The notes under the pieces: generated by a model
Seen by the model: the letters and a program-made list of their open reading frames with translations, nothing else
The model's database searches: none
What the model was told of the DNA's origin: nothing
Virus record (IMG/VR): IMGVR_UViG_3300017917_002765
Span: 72,576-136,575 of that record
Direction: 5' to 3' (one strand)
DNA: 64,000 nt
From: a virus
Shown: piece after piece, positions 8,544 through 16,807 of the stretch
Layout of the letters: each line of letters starts with the position of its first letter
How positions within the stretch are numbered: the stretch's first letter is position 1
Position numbers and translations under genes: made by a program

Positions 8544-8820
8544 TTGTTTTTATTTTTATAATCTTGGTTATTGTTTTGCTGTTTTCAGTTTTTTTAGCTT
8601 GTTCTTCATACATTTTTTTATAAATTTCAATACTATCTAGGTTTTTTTGATATTGTTTCATCAATTCTTTATTCTCTTTGACAATAACCTTTACCTCTCT
8701 TCTAGTTAAAAACTTTTCAACTGATGGTGTAAATACTATAGCTAGTATTATTATAATGACCGCAAATATTAAATAAGTTTTGTATTTATCAACATATTTA
8801 AAAAATTCTTTCCAGAACAT
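8452..8820 (-). CDS. N-terminal TM plus coiled-coil protein (i-spanin/Rz-like candidate)
   Basis: YLIFAVIIIILAIVF anchor followed by a helical coiled coil; Rz/Rz1-like overlap with the next gene. Confidence 0.5.
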   Translation of the reverse strand: MFWKEFFKYVDKYKTYLIFAVIIIILAIVFTPSVEKFLTRREVKVIVKENKELMKQYQKNLDSIEIYKKMYEEQAKKTENSKTITKIIKIKTNEEVNLIRTLPFDSNVSLFTRDLEQYVTNR

Positions 8821-8821
8821 A

Positions 8822-9253
8822 TTACATTGGTTTTTGTTTTATTTCATCATTTATTTTTACAGCCCATTCATCTCTCCATTTCTGAAAATAACCAGTTATT
8901 TTGTTAACCTTATTGTTATTCTCAGCTGTTAAATCATATGGTTCAACCGTTGAAAGCTCAGCTTCGTCTTTTATCAATTCAAATCTAAAAGACAATTTAC
9001 CAAATAACATAGTACCAGTCATGATAACATTTTTGTTTTGTGGGTTGATGTAAGCATTAAAGTTGTCTATTTCAATACTAGAATCAACAATGTCTTTAAT
9101 CTTTTTTAATTCTTCTTGATAAACAGTGTTACCTGGACCATATTCAATAGTGTCTTTTTGTTCATCTACTTCCTTTATGATACCCATGTAACCACCCCTA
9201 ATGACATCCATCATTTTCTTGGTCATGTCATGTTCGTTAATTCGTTCTTTCAT
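8822..9253 (-). CDS. Hypothetical 143-aa protein
   Basis: ORF coupled to its neighbours; N-terminal INE/IKE motifs. Confidence 0.65.
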   Translation of the reverse strand: MKERINEHDMTKKMMDVIRGGYMGIIKEVDEQKDTIEYGPGNTVYQEELKKIKDIVDSSIEIDNFNAYINPQNKNVIMTGTMLFGKLSFRFELIKDEAELSTVEPYDLTAENNNKVNKITGYFQKWRDEWAVKINDEIKQKPM

Positions 9254-9860
9254 AGTTTTCTATGTTGTTTTTAAATATATCAAAATCCCAAGTTGGACTA
9301 GGGTCTGTAAAATGTCTTTCTAAATTGCTTTTATACAATACACCACTATAGTTGGCCAAAATATCTATTTTGGTATTATGGCCTACACAAGTTAGTGGTA
9401 TAGAAAATCTATCACACAGAACCCTTGTTAAGTTTATTGTCGCACTAAGCTGCTTATTGGTGTATTGTGTCCAGAAACTAAACCCTCTCCACTTTTTAGC
9501 AACAATTTTATGTGACTCTATATAAATATCATTAAAACAATTAAGATACTGGTCTTTTTCAACATTTCTAGTTAACCACCCATCATTTTCTAGTAAAATA
9601 ATAATACTCTTTAGATTTTGTTCGTAATTTTTAAAATATCTTGAATAATATTTCGGGTCAAAATGTTCATATATTATACCATCAAAAGATATTGTATAAT
9701 GAGCAGTCTTTTTGTATTGACCATTATTTCTATGTAACCACCCTTTATAATGACGCATATCGCTATTGAATGTATTCCCGATAACTATTTGAGACTTTCC
9801 AGTTTCGGTTAAGATATAATTTTGAATTGGTAGTTGATATGTTTTATTATCTATTTGCAT
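9237..9860 (-). CDS. N-acetylmuramoyl-L-alanine amidase (Amidase_2/PGRP fold), possibly catalytically altered
   Basis: QIVIGNT (normally IVIHHT), AHYTISFDGIIYE, SIIILLEN, YTNKQLSA, VGHN, TDPSP. Confidence 0.78.
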   Translation of the reverse strand: MQIDNKTYQLPIQNYILTETGKSQIVIGNTFNSDMRHYKGWLHRNNGQYKKTAHYTISFDGIIYEHFDPKYYSRYFKNYEQNLKSIIILLENDGWLTRNVEKDQYLNCFNDIYIESHKIVAKKWRGFSFWTQYTNKQLSATINLTRVLCDRFSIPLTCVGHNTKIDILANYSGVLYKSNLERHFTDPSPTWDFDIFKNNIENYERTN

Positions 9861-11044
9861 CAGTCACGTTTAAAAAAAACTTTGTTATTATCTCCGTTTT
9901 TAACTATTTTTTGTGAACCAATTCTTTCTATAGTATTGTTTTTTGCTTTAGGTATGGGTATTGAAAATCCTCTGTCTTTTACTTCTTTTATATCCTCAAC
10001 AGTTATCTTACCATTTGGTACGACTGGTTCCCTTTGTTTAATAGGTTCATCAGAAACATCAATTGGTTCTTGAGGTACAAAACCTTGAATTACTTCTTCT
10101 TCTATTGGTTTTTCTATAATAGGTTCAATAGTGTCTTCGTCATCATGTTGGTCATCAATCATTATTGGTTCTTCTTCTGGTTCAGATTCCTCAATTGATT
10201 TATCTAGGATATTTTTTACTTTAACTTCTTTCTTTTGCTCTGAAGAAATACTCTCATCTTCTATTTCAAACACTCTATTTGTAAGCAAAACCAAAGCAAT
10301 TGCCAATGGGTCGAATACAAATATGAATAACAAAATTAATATGTTTACTACTTTACCCATAGGGTAACCAGTTATTTCAGCTATGTATTTTAAAGGACCA
10401 ACTTCAGCACCAACACTGCTATTAGCTGTCATTTCTAACCCATTTACCGTATAGAGAGAAATGGAATCAGATAATGAAACATTTTTGTTGTTTAAAACAT
10501 CAATATCAGTACTTAATTTTTGAATCTCATCAGTCGCAATTTGAATATCTTTTCTAACCTTATCCTTAGCAAAACCACTCTTTGCACTATCCAACCTAAC
10601 TTCTTGTGTGTTTCGTAAATTAGTTAATTGTTCAATACGCTTATTTTTACTATCAATTATCTTTTGATTATCATCAATTGATTTTTGAAACAAGCCTTTT
10701 TTACTATCTAATATACCTAACCTACCATTTTCTATTTCTAGTTGACTAGCCGTTTTTTGGTAAGCATTAGACAAAAAACCATAAATACCAGCAGATGTAA
10801 TCAACATCAATACGCTAACAGCAATAACTAAATAAAATTTCAAGTAATTGTTAATTTTACCCCAATATCTGTGTAAAGCTGTTGTTGCTACAACCTTGCT
10901 AAATTCTAAAACACTTGCCATTAAAATTACTGATAGAGAAGCCCCAGCAAATAATTTACTCAAACCCCATACCGAAAAATAAGCGGCACATAAAGCAACT
11001 GCTAAAGATAATGTTAAAATAACATAACTAAATTTTAATTTCAT
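9860..11044 (-). CDS. Multi-pass membrane protein with long coiled coil (DUF4407-like)
   Basis: Three N-terminal TM helices, a coiled coil, GPLKYIAE, the C-terminal TM ILLFIFVFDPLAIALVL, and an acidic tail. Confidence 0.7.
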   Translation of the reverse strand: MKLKFSYVILTLSLAVALCAAYFSVWGLSKLFAGASLSVILMASVLEFSKVVATTALHRYWGKINNYLKFYLVIAVSVLMLITSAGIYGFLSNAYQKTASQLEIENGRLGILDSKKGLFQKSIDDNQKIIDSKNKRIEQLTNLRNTQEVRLDSAKSGFAKDKVRKDIQIATDEIQKLSTDIDVLNNKNVSLSDSISLYTVNGLEMTANSSVGAEVGPLKYIAEITGYPMGKVVNILILLFIFVFDPLAIALVLLTNRVFEIEDESISSEQKKEVKVKNILDKSIEESEPEEEPIMIDDQHDDEDTIEPIIEKPIEEEVIQGFVPQEPIDVSDEPIKQREPVVPNGKITVEDIKEVKDRGFSIPIPKAKNNTIERIGSQKIVKNGDNNKVFFKRD

Positions 11045-11059
11045 AACATTCTTTTTTTA

Positions 11060-11067
11060 ATAAATAT
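11060..11067 (-). promoter_or_regulatory. Putative late-promoter motif ATATTTAT
   Basis: Lies between a terminator and ATG 11044. Confidence 0.55.
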
Positions 11068-11074
11068 CTAAAAC

Positions 11075-11097
11075 AAAAAAGGGCATTAGCCCTTTTT
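11075..11097 (-). terminator. Intrinsic terminator after the sigma factor gene
   Basis: aaaaaaGGGC-atta-GCCCttttt. Confidence 0.7.
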
Positions 11098-11098
11098 A

Positions 11099-11926
11099 TT
11101 ATTCATTAAGTAGAACATACAAATCGTGGGCATTATTGCGTAGTTTACGAATTGCTTTCTCTTTTATTTGTCTTATTCTTTCTTTTGTTAAACCATATCT
11201 CTCACCAATCGCTTCCAATGTCATTGGTTCGCAATCAATGTTTATACCAAAATATGATTCAATTATCGCTCTTTCTCTATCATTTAATACTGATAATGCG
11301 TTATTTATTTCATCCCTAAGTCTATTATCAACAACAAACATTTCTTCATCAACGTTGTCTGGAATAAGTTCAATAAGTTCATCACCATCTTCATTTATAA
11401 CTTCATTTAATGATGTGTGTCTAGGATAAGTAACTAAACTTATCGCTTCGTTTTCTTTGTCAAATATTTCACCAAATATTGGTTCCCTTTCATTCTCAAG
11501 TTCAAACTTTGCTATTTCTTTATTTAATTGTAAAATCCTATTGATTACATTGGCTGGTAATCTTACGACTCTAGCATTATCATTCAAACTTTGGATAATT
11601 GATTGCTTAACCCACCATACGGCATATGAAATAAATCTAAAACCTTTGTTATGGTCAAATTTTGTTGCTGCTTTTATTAATCCGTAATTACCTTCATTTA
11701 TTAAGTCTGATAACGGTAAACCCTGTCCTTGATATTCTTTTGCTATTGAAACAACAAACTTTAAGTTTGCATTTACTAATTTATTTATAGCATTTTGGTC
11801 ACCATTTTTTATTTTTTTAGCTAATTCAATTTCTTCGTTCTGTGTTAATATAGTTGATTTTCTTACATCTTTAAAATACTTCCCTAAACTGTCATCGTTG
11901 TTAAAGTTTACAAATTTTTTACTCAT
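11099..11926 (-). CDS. rpoD: RNA polymerase sigma-70 factor, Bacteroidota primary-sigma type (no region 1.1)
   Basis: Region 1.2 SLGKYFKDV...LTQNEEIELA; region 2 ANLKFVVSIAKEYQGQGLPLSDLINEGNYGLIKAATKFD..KGFRFISYAVWW; region 4 MTLEAIGERYGLTKERIRQIKEKA. Confidence 0.93.
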   Translation of the reverse strand: MSKKFVNFNNDDSLGKYFKDVRKSTILTQNEEIELAKKIKNGDQNAINKLVNANLKFVVSIAKEYQGQGLPLSDLINEGNYGLIKAATKFDHNKGFRFISYAVWWVKQSIIQSLNDNARVVRLPANVINRILQLNKEIAKFELENEREPIFGEIFDKENEAISLVTYPRHTSLNEVINEDGDELIELIPDNVDEEMFVVDNRLRDEINNALSVLNDRERAIIESYFGINIDCEPMTLEAIGERYGLTKERIRQIKEKAIRKLRNNAHDLYVLLNE

Positions 11927-11971
11927 TAAATTTTAATTTTTCATAGTGTGTTGTTATGTGTTTTAGTTAAT

Positions 11972-12001
11972 AAAATATACGAAAAAAACAATAAAAGTCA
12001 A
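11972..12001 (-). promoter_or_regulatory. Bacteroidota-type promoter variant (TTG-N19-TATATTTT) upstream of the sigma gene
   Basis: One mismatch to TAnnTTTG with correct spacing. Confidence 0.45.
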
Positions 12002-12011
12002 GCTTTTAAGG

Positions 12012-12464
12012 TTATTTTGTTTTGTTTAAAATGTCTCTTATTTTGGCCGCTTTTTCATAATCTTCACAATCCAAAGCATCTTTTAATTGTTCTTCTAAAC
12101 TTGGTTTGTTTTGCTTTGTTTTAACAGTTTTTGTATGTGATGATAATTCAATCGCCTCTTCAAAATTTTTAGTTAATTGTTCTGGATTTACATGTTTTAA
12201 AAAACCAAAAAGACCTTCATGTATTGGTTTTTTAAGTATATGGTAACCAGATGATTCTTTATCTAAGTCAAACACTAAAAAACTTCGTTTGTTTTCAATA
12301 AACCATTCTGTTAGTTCATTGGGCTCAGCCAATGATGAAAATGTAGCAATAAGAATACCTTTTGCATCCAAAATGTTTGGTGTGGTTTCGCTAATCTTTT
12401 GAATCTCAGCTTGTACTCCTAGGGTATCACCCATAACCACAATACAATAATTCCTAAATTTCAT
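12012..12464 (-). CDS. Hypothetical protein with C-terminal UVR (UvrB/UvrC) motif
   Basis: LEEQLKDALDCEDYEKAAKIRDIL. Confidence 0.75.
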   Translation of the reverse strand: MKFRNYCIVVMGDTLGVQAEIQKISETTPNILDAKGILIATFSSLAEPNELTEWFIENKRSFLVFDLDKESSGYHILKKPIHEGLFGFLKHVNPEQLTKNFEEAIELSSHTKTVKTKQNKPSLEEQLKDALDCEDYEKAAKIRDILNKTK

Positions 12465-12478
12465 TGTTTATATTTTAA

Positions 12479-12509
12479 CAAAAGTACAATTTTATTCTAA
12501 CTTTTACAA
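12479..12509 (-). promoter_or_regulatory. Bacteroidota sigma-A promoter (TTG-N20-TACTTTTG)
   Basis: Matches the -33 TTG / -7 TAnnTTTG consensus. Confidence 0.75.
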
Positions 12510-14873
12510 CTATTTCAATACAAAATTTGAAATGTTTGCCACTTTATTGACCGTAATGACATTTTCACCCCAATCACGAACAAGGTCATTGTGTGTAATC
12601 AAGAAGACAATTTCATACATGTCTTTTATTTTATCAAACAATGTTTTTAGTTTTTCAAGGTTCTCTGGTGCTACTTTACCTAAAACCTCATCAAACGTGA
12701 TGAAATTAGGCATTGGCAAAGTTGATAATTTACCCAATACACTTCTCAAAGCTAAACTGGCGGATGTTTTTTCAAAACCACTGGCAGATTTTAATAACTT
12801 TGAAGTTTCATCCTTATTAATCAAAAACTGAACATCGTTCTTATCATCTATAAATATCTCAACTTCAAAATCGCAAACGTCTTCCAACAATCTTTGAACC
12901 TCTGAATTTATGATTGGTAGTACCGACCTTAATACCAATTTGCTAATACCTTTCTTACCAACCAATTCAATGTAAACCTTGAATATCTTTTCAATTTCCT
13001 CTTCTTTTTTGATTGTTTCGATTAGCTTAGTTTTGGTTGTTATGGCTTCTTTATGTTGTTTTATTTCGCTAGCAACACGTTCTATTTTAGTTATCGTTTC
13101 GTCTTTTGTATGTTCAAACACAGCAATATCAGTTTTTACCTTAGAAACTGCCATATCTATACGCTTATTATGCTCAATAGCCTCAAGATTAAGATTATAC
13201 TTCTTCAAATCATTCATCTTAGAAACAACCTTGTTTCTTAATCCACCAATTTCAACTTCAAGTCTATCTCTATCTAATTCTAATCGGTTTTTCTGGTCTA
13301 CCTTAACCTTTATTTGGTTTAATTCAGCCAAGTTATTGGTGAGTTCAACCAGTTTTTCACCTATAGCCAATAAATCTTCCCCTTTCTTGCTGATTTCAGC
13401 GTTGTGTTTATTGATGTGTTCGGTATTATCCACATTATCTAACTTCCTATTACAAGATTGACAGATACCACCAGCAATCAAATCCTTAACAACACGTTGT
13501 AAACGGGAAATATCAGATTCAATAACCGCCTTTTCAGATGAAAATGTGTTGAATTGTTTGGTATATTGGTGATGTAAATCTTCATCAAACTCAATCACAC
13601 CCATATCTGTTATGGTATTACTTAGACTTTCAATCCTAGCCTTTAGTTCTTTACCTTTTAATGTCAAAGAATCAACTTCTTCTTGTAACTTTGACGGGTT
13701 CATGGCCGATATGGTTACATCAATTTTTTCTTTGCTGTTTAACAACGAATCATTCTCATCTTTTAACGATTCAATCTTTGTTTTTGCTTCTTCAAGACGA
13801 TTTTTAAGAATACTGTTCAACTCTTCATTCTCAGCTATCTTGACTTCGTGTTCGGTAATATCATTTGTAAGAGAGATAACATCGTATTCGTTAGACTTTT
13901 TCTTACGAGAGAATTCGTTATACATTTCCCTAACAGCTGCTTCTTTCATTTCCAGTATTTCAAGCCCTATAAGTCTAGTTAATACTTTACCAGATTCGGT
14001 AGTAGTTAACCCTATAAGGTCGTCTAAGTTCTTTTCTGTCGCCAAAACTAGCATTTCAAAGTCCTTCTCATTACCTATTGTTTCCCTAAGTCTAGCAGTT
14101 GTCTTTTTAGCATCTTCATCATTCAATTCTTGCTCTTCACCATCTGGCAATAGTTTATAGTAGTTAACCTTGTTTACAACAGTCCACCCACCAGCTTTCT
14201 TTGCTGTTCTTTTCATCTTACGTTCAATGATTATTTCTTCACCCTCTATTTCAATCATACCTCTAACTACCAATTCATTCTTACCACTAAACGTATTAAA
14301 AACTTCTTCGTTTTTATCTGTCTTGGTTGTGGTACCATGAAGTAAGAATTTCATTGCATCTATTGTAAGAGTTGTTTTACCCCCTTGGTTAGGTGGGTTT
14401 GAATTAACAATTGTTAATCCTTTTACCTTACTAAAAGGTAGATAATTGTTCTCACCAAATGATAAGAAGTTATCTATCATAACCCACTTTATAGACCAAC
14501 TTCTATGTTGAGATTGCGTCAGGTCCACATTAAGTTGACCATTTACTTTATCATCCAACGCAATGATTCTATCAAAATCAATGTTTTTACCGTCTCTGGT
14601 GATGAGTTCTTTCATCAATGCTCTTTGATAGTTAACATCCATGATGTTCTCTATATTAGCACCAGTTATTTCGATTGTCTCACCCTTATCAGTATATTTT
14701 ACTGGTCGATAAACAACAATAATGTTATTCTTGTTTACCCCATACTTTTTAGCAAAGTAATTCTTAACCTTATTCTTAGCTTCCTTTGAATAGTTATGGG
14801 GCTGGTCGTCCCAATAAACCTTTATCTTTGAATAAGGTGAAATCTTAATGTTTTTTTCTAATGTTGTTTCCAT
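12510..14873 (-). CDS. sbcC: Rad50/SbcC (T4 gp46-like) recombination ATPase with N-terminal extension
   Basis: IDNFLSFG; Walker A NQGGKTT; coiled coils with CQSC zinc hook; signature SASGFE; Walker B ITFDE; LITH. Confidence 0.92.
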   Translation of the reverse strand: METTLEKNIKISPYSKIKVYWDDQPHNYSKEAKNKVKNYFAKKYGVNKNNIIVVYRPVKYTDKGETIEITGANIENIMDVNYQRALMKELITRDGKNIDFDRIIALDDKVNGQLNVDLTQSQHRSWSIKWVMIDNFLSFGENNYLPFSKVKGLTIVNSNPPNQGGKTTLTIDAMKFLLHGTTTKTDKNEEVFNTFSGKNELVVRGMIEIEGEEIIIERKMKRTAKKAGGWTVVNKVNYYKLLPDGEEQELNDEDAKKTTARLRETIGNEKDFEMLVLATEKNLDDLIGLTTTESGKVLTRLIGLEILEMKEAAVREMYNEFSRKKKSNEYDVISLTNDITEHEVKIAENEELNSILKNRLEEAKTKIESLKDENDSLLNSKEKIDVTISAMNPSKLQEEVDSLTLKGKELKARIESLSNTITDMGVIEFDEDLHHQYTKQFNTFSSEKAVIESDISRLQRVVKDLIAGGICQSCNRKLDNVDNTEHINKHNAEISKKGEDLLAIGEKLVELTNNLAELNQIKVKVDQKNRLELDRDRLEVEIGGLRNKVVSKMNDLKKYNLNLEAIEHNKRIDMAVSKVKTDIAVFEHTKDETITKIERVASEIKQHKEAITTKTKLIETIKKEEEIEKIFKVYIELVGKKGISKLVLRSVLPIINSEVQRLLEDVCDFEVEIFIDDKNDVQFLINKDETSKLLKSASGFEKTSASLALRSVLGKLSTLPMPNFITFDEVLGKVAPENLEKLKTLFDKIKDMYEIVFLITHNDLVRDWGENVITVNKVANISNFVLK

Positions 14874-14900
14874 TATCGTTCTCCGTATAAATTTTATTTA

Positions 14901-14931
14901 CAAATATACTAATATTTTATGTCTTTTGCAA
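14901..14931 (-). promoter_or_regulatory. Bacteroidota sigma-A promoter (TTG-N20-TATATTTG)
   Basis: Consensus match upstream of sbcC. Confidence 0.78.
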
Positions 14932-14940
14932 CTTTATTAC

Positions 14941-14948
14941 ATATTTAT
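14941..14948 (+). promoter_or_regulatory. Putative late-promoter motif ATATTTAT on the + strand
   Basis: Upstream of the only +-strand genes, so the motif's orientation follows the coding strand. Confidence 0.6.
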
Positions 14949-14980
14949 ATGTGTATAACAAACTTTTAAAATGTAATACA

Positions 14981-15742
14981 ATGGAATTATTTAATTATCA
15001 ACTAGATTTATTAGAATCTTATAAAACAAATCGATTTGTTTTGGTTAAACATAGTCGACAAATGGGTATAACCACCACTATTATCGAACACATAATCTAT
15101 TTATTATTAGATAACAAAAAACATAAAATTACGCTAATAACACCAAGCTTATCTGTTGGTAAAGAAATTCTAAATAAAATTAGGGTTGACGCTAGAATTA
15201 TACACGCTGGTGTTTTTGACCAAAAAACAAATAAAATAGTGCTTAAAAACAATAACCAAATTAAAATAGGTCATAATTCTTGTGTGTTTCGTGGTGAAAT
15301 AGTTACCGATGTTATTATTGATAACGGGTGTTTTCTTAAAAACTTAAATGATGTTATTAGTAACGCAAAAGTAAACATCACCCAAAATTATGGTTCTATT
15401 ATAATAGTTTCTTCAAATAAAAAAGGATTTACTTATTTTAATGAACTGTTTAATAAAACAGATAATCTATTCAAAAAACATTTAATCCATTGGCATATGA
15501 ATCCTAATTATGATGAAAAATGGTATGAAGAAATTAAAAATTTATATTTTGATAGTGATAAATTAAAATGTGAATATGATTTAATTGACATCGAAGAAAC
15601 CAAAAAAACAAAAGATAGATTAATAAGTTTTCGCTTAACTGACGACATATACACCATTTTAACTGAAAATTTACTAAAAAGAGACATGTCATTGTCTGAA
15701 TATTTAAGATTGTTAATTAAAAAAGATTTCAATGGAAAATAA
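14981..15742 (+). CDS. Degenerate large-terminase-like ATPase domain fused to a C-terminal ribbon-helix-helix
   Basis: LFNYQ...RFVLVKHSRQMGITT (Walker A K->I); FRGEIVTDVIIDNG (Walker B DE->DN); IIIVSS; IHWHMNP; then LISFRLTDDIYTIL...MSLSEYLRLLI (RHH). No nuclease domain. Confidence 0.72.
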   Translation: MELFNYQLDLLESYKTNRFVLVKHSRQMGITTTIIEHIIYLLLDNKKHKITLITPSLSVGKEILNKIRVDARIIHAGVFDQKTNKIVLKNNNQIKIGHNSCVFRGEIVTDVIIDNGCFLKNLNDVISNAKVNITQNYGSIIIVSSNKKGFTYFNELFNKTDNLFKKHLIHWHMNPNYDEKWYEEIKNLYFDSDKLKCEYDLIDIEETKKTKDRLISFRLTDDIYTILTENLLKRDMSLSEYLRLLIKKDFNGK

Positions 15743-16427
15743 TTGTAACACTAAAAAATGCACCAAATGTAATGAGATTAAAAACATTTCTGAATTTGGT
15801 TATGATAAAAAAGGAAAATATTTTGTTAAGTCAGTGTGTAAAGTATGTAAACGAAAAATAGATAAATATTATGTTACTCATAATAAAACAAGTGTGGTAA
15901 ATTCTTTAAAAAAATACCATAAGAGTGAAAAAGGAAAACAAACATTGAAAAAGTCTAGGGTTAAGTGGCGTGAAAATAATAGAGAAACATATTTAAAGTC
16001 TAGTAAAAAAAGTAATTTAAAATTTCGTTTAAACAATAAAGAAAAAATTAATTTTTGGTTTAGGGAAAAGAGAAAAACTGACCCAATTTTTAAATTAAGT
16101 TGCAATATTAGGTCTAGCATTTACACTAGCTTAAAAGAAAATAAATTAATTAAAAATTCTAAAACACATGAAATACTTGGGTGCTCTTTTGAGCAACTTA
16201 AACAACACCTTGAAAGTAAATTTGAGTCTTGGATGAATTGGGATAATTATGGTAAATACAATGGTGAATTGAATCATGGATGGGATATTGACCATATAAT
16301 TCCAATATCAACTGCGGTGACGGAAGAAGATGTTATTAGGTTAAATCATTATAGTAATTTACAACCATTATGTAGTTATGTTAACCGAGTAATTAAACGT
16401 GATTACACTACTCATGTTTCACCATAA
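15732..16427 (+). CDS. HNH homing endonuclease with N-terminal zinc finger
   Basis: CTKC...CKVC, a basic linker, LGCSFEQLKQHLE, MNWDNYG, WDIDHIIP, NHYSNLQPL. Confidence 0.88.
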   Translation: MENNCNTKKCTKCNEIKNISEFGYDKKGKYFVKSVCKVCKRKIDKYYVTHNKTSVVNSLKKYHKSEKGKQTLKKSRVKWRENNRETYLKSSKKSNLKFRLNNKEKINFWFREKRKTDPIFKLSCNIRSSIYTSLKENKLIKNSKTHEILGCSFEQLKQHLESKFESWMNWDNYGKYNGELNHGWDIDHIIPISTAVTEEDVIRLNHYSNLQPLCSYVNRVIKRDYTTHVSP

Positions 16428-16807
16428 ATATCCTTATTCTTTTTCTTTAATTTTTCAACAGCCAATTCTTTGTTAAGTTGTTCAATTGATTGGTTAGCTT
16501 TACTCAAATCAATTTGAGAATCCTCATAAAGCTTTATGTATTTCTTAAGGTTTTCAGCAACCTCATCATCAACCATAGTCACTGGGACTTCAACTATCTT
16601 TTCTACAATTTTTTCAACTGGAACCTCAACTATCTTTTCTACAATTTTTTCTTTGGTTGTTACCATCGGTGTTGAACCATATTTTTCAGAAGTAAAACCT
16701 TGTTTTAAAAGCTTTAATGTAAAATCATCAATATTGGTTATATTGTTTACTCTACAATAATCCCATATCTCATTGTTCAGTTCCTTCGGTATTTCCACGG
16801 CTATCAA
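16412..16807 (-). CDS. Hypothetical protein with possible N-terminal RHH, EKIVEVP repeats and coiled coil
   Basis: KEKIVEKIVEVPVEKIVEKIVEVPV. Confidence 0.65.
   Translation of the reverse strand: MIAVEIPKELNNEIWDYCRVNNITNIDDFTLKLLKQGFTSEKYGSTPMVTTKEKIVEKIVEVPVEKIVEKIVEVPVTMVDDEVAENLKKYIKLYEDSQIDLSKANQSIEQLNKELAVEKLKKKNKDIYGET
16581..16651. repeat. 36-nt tandem repeat (2 copies) encoding EKIVEKIVEVPV
   Basis: actgg(g/a)ac(t/c)tcaactatcttttctacaattttttc, twice. Confidence 0.85.

Larger units (their letters stand above)
14941..16427 (+). mobile_element. Inverted two-gene insertion (terminase-like-RHH plus HNH endonuclease)
   Basis: The only +-strand genes in 64 kb; includes a homing endonuclease; an apparent duplicated gene-end footprint flanks it. 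Confidence 0.55.

Noticed and set aside
14981-15742. The phage's functional large terminase
   Set aside because: Only ~253 aa, Walker A Lys and Walker B Glu are lost, and there is no nuclease domain.
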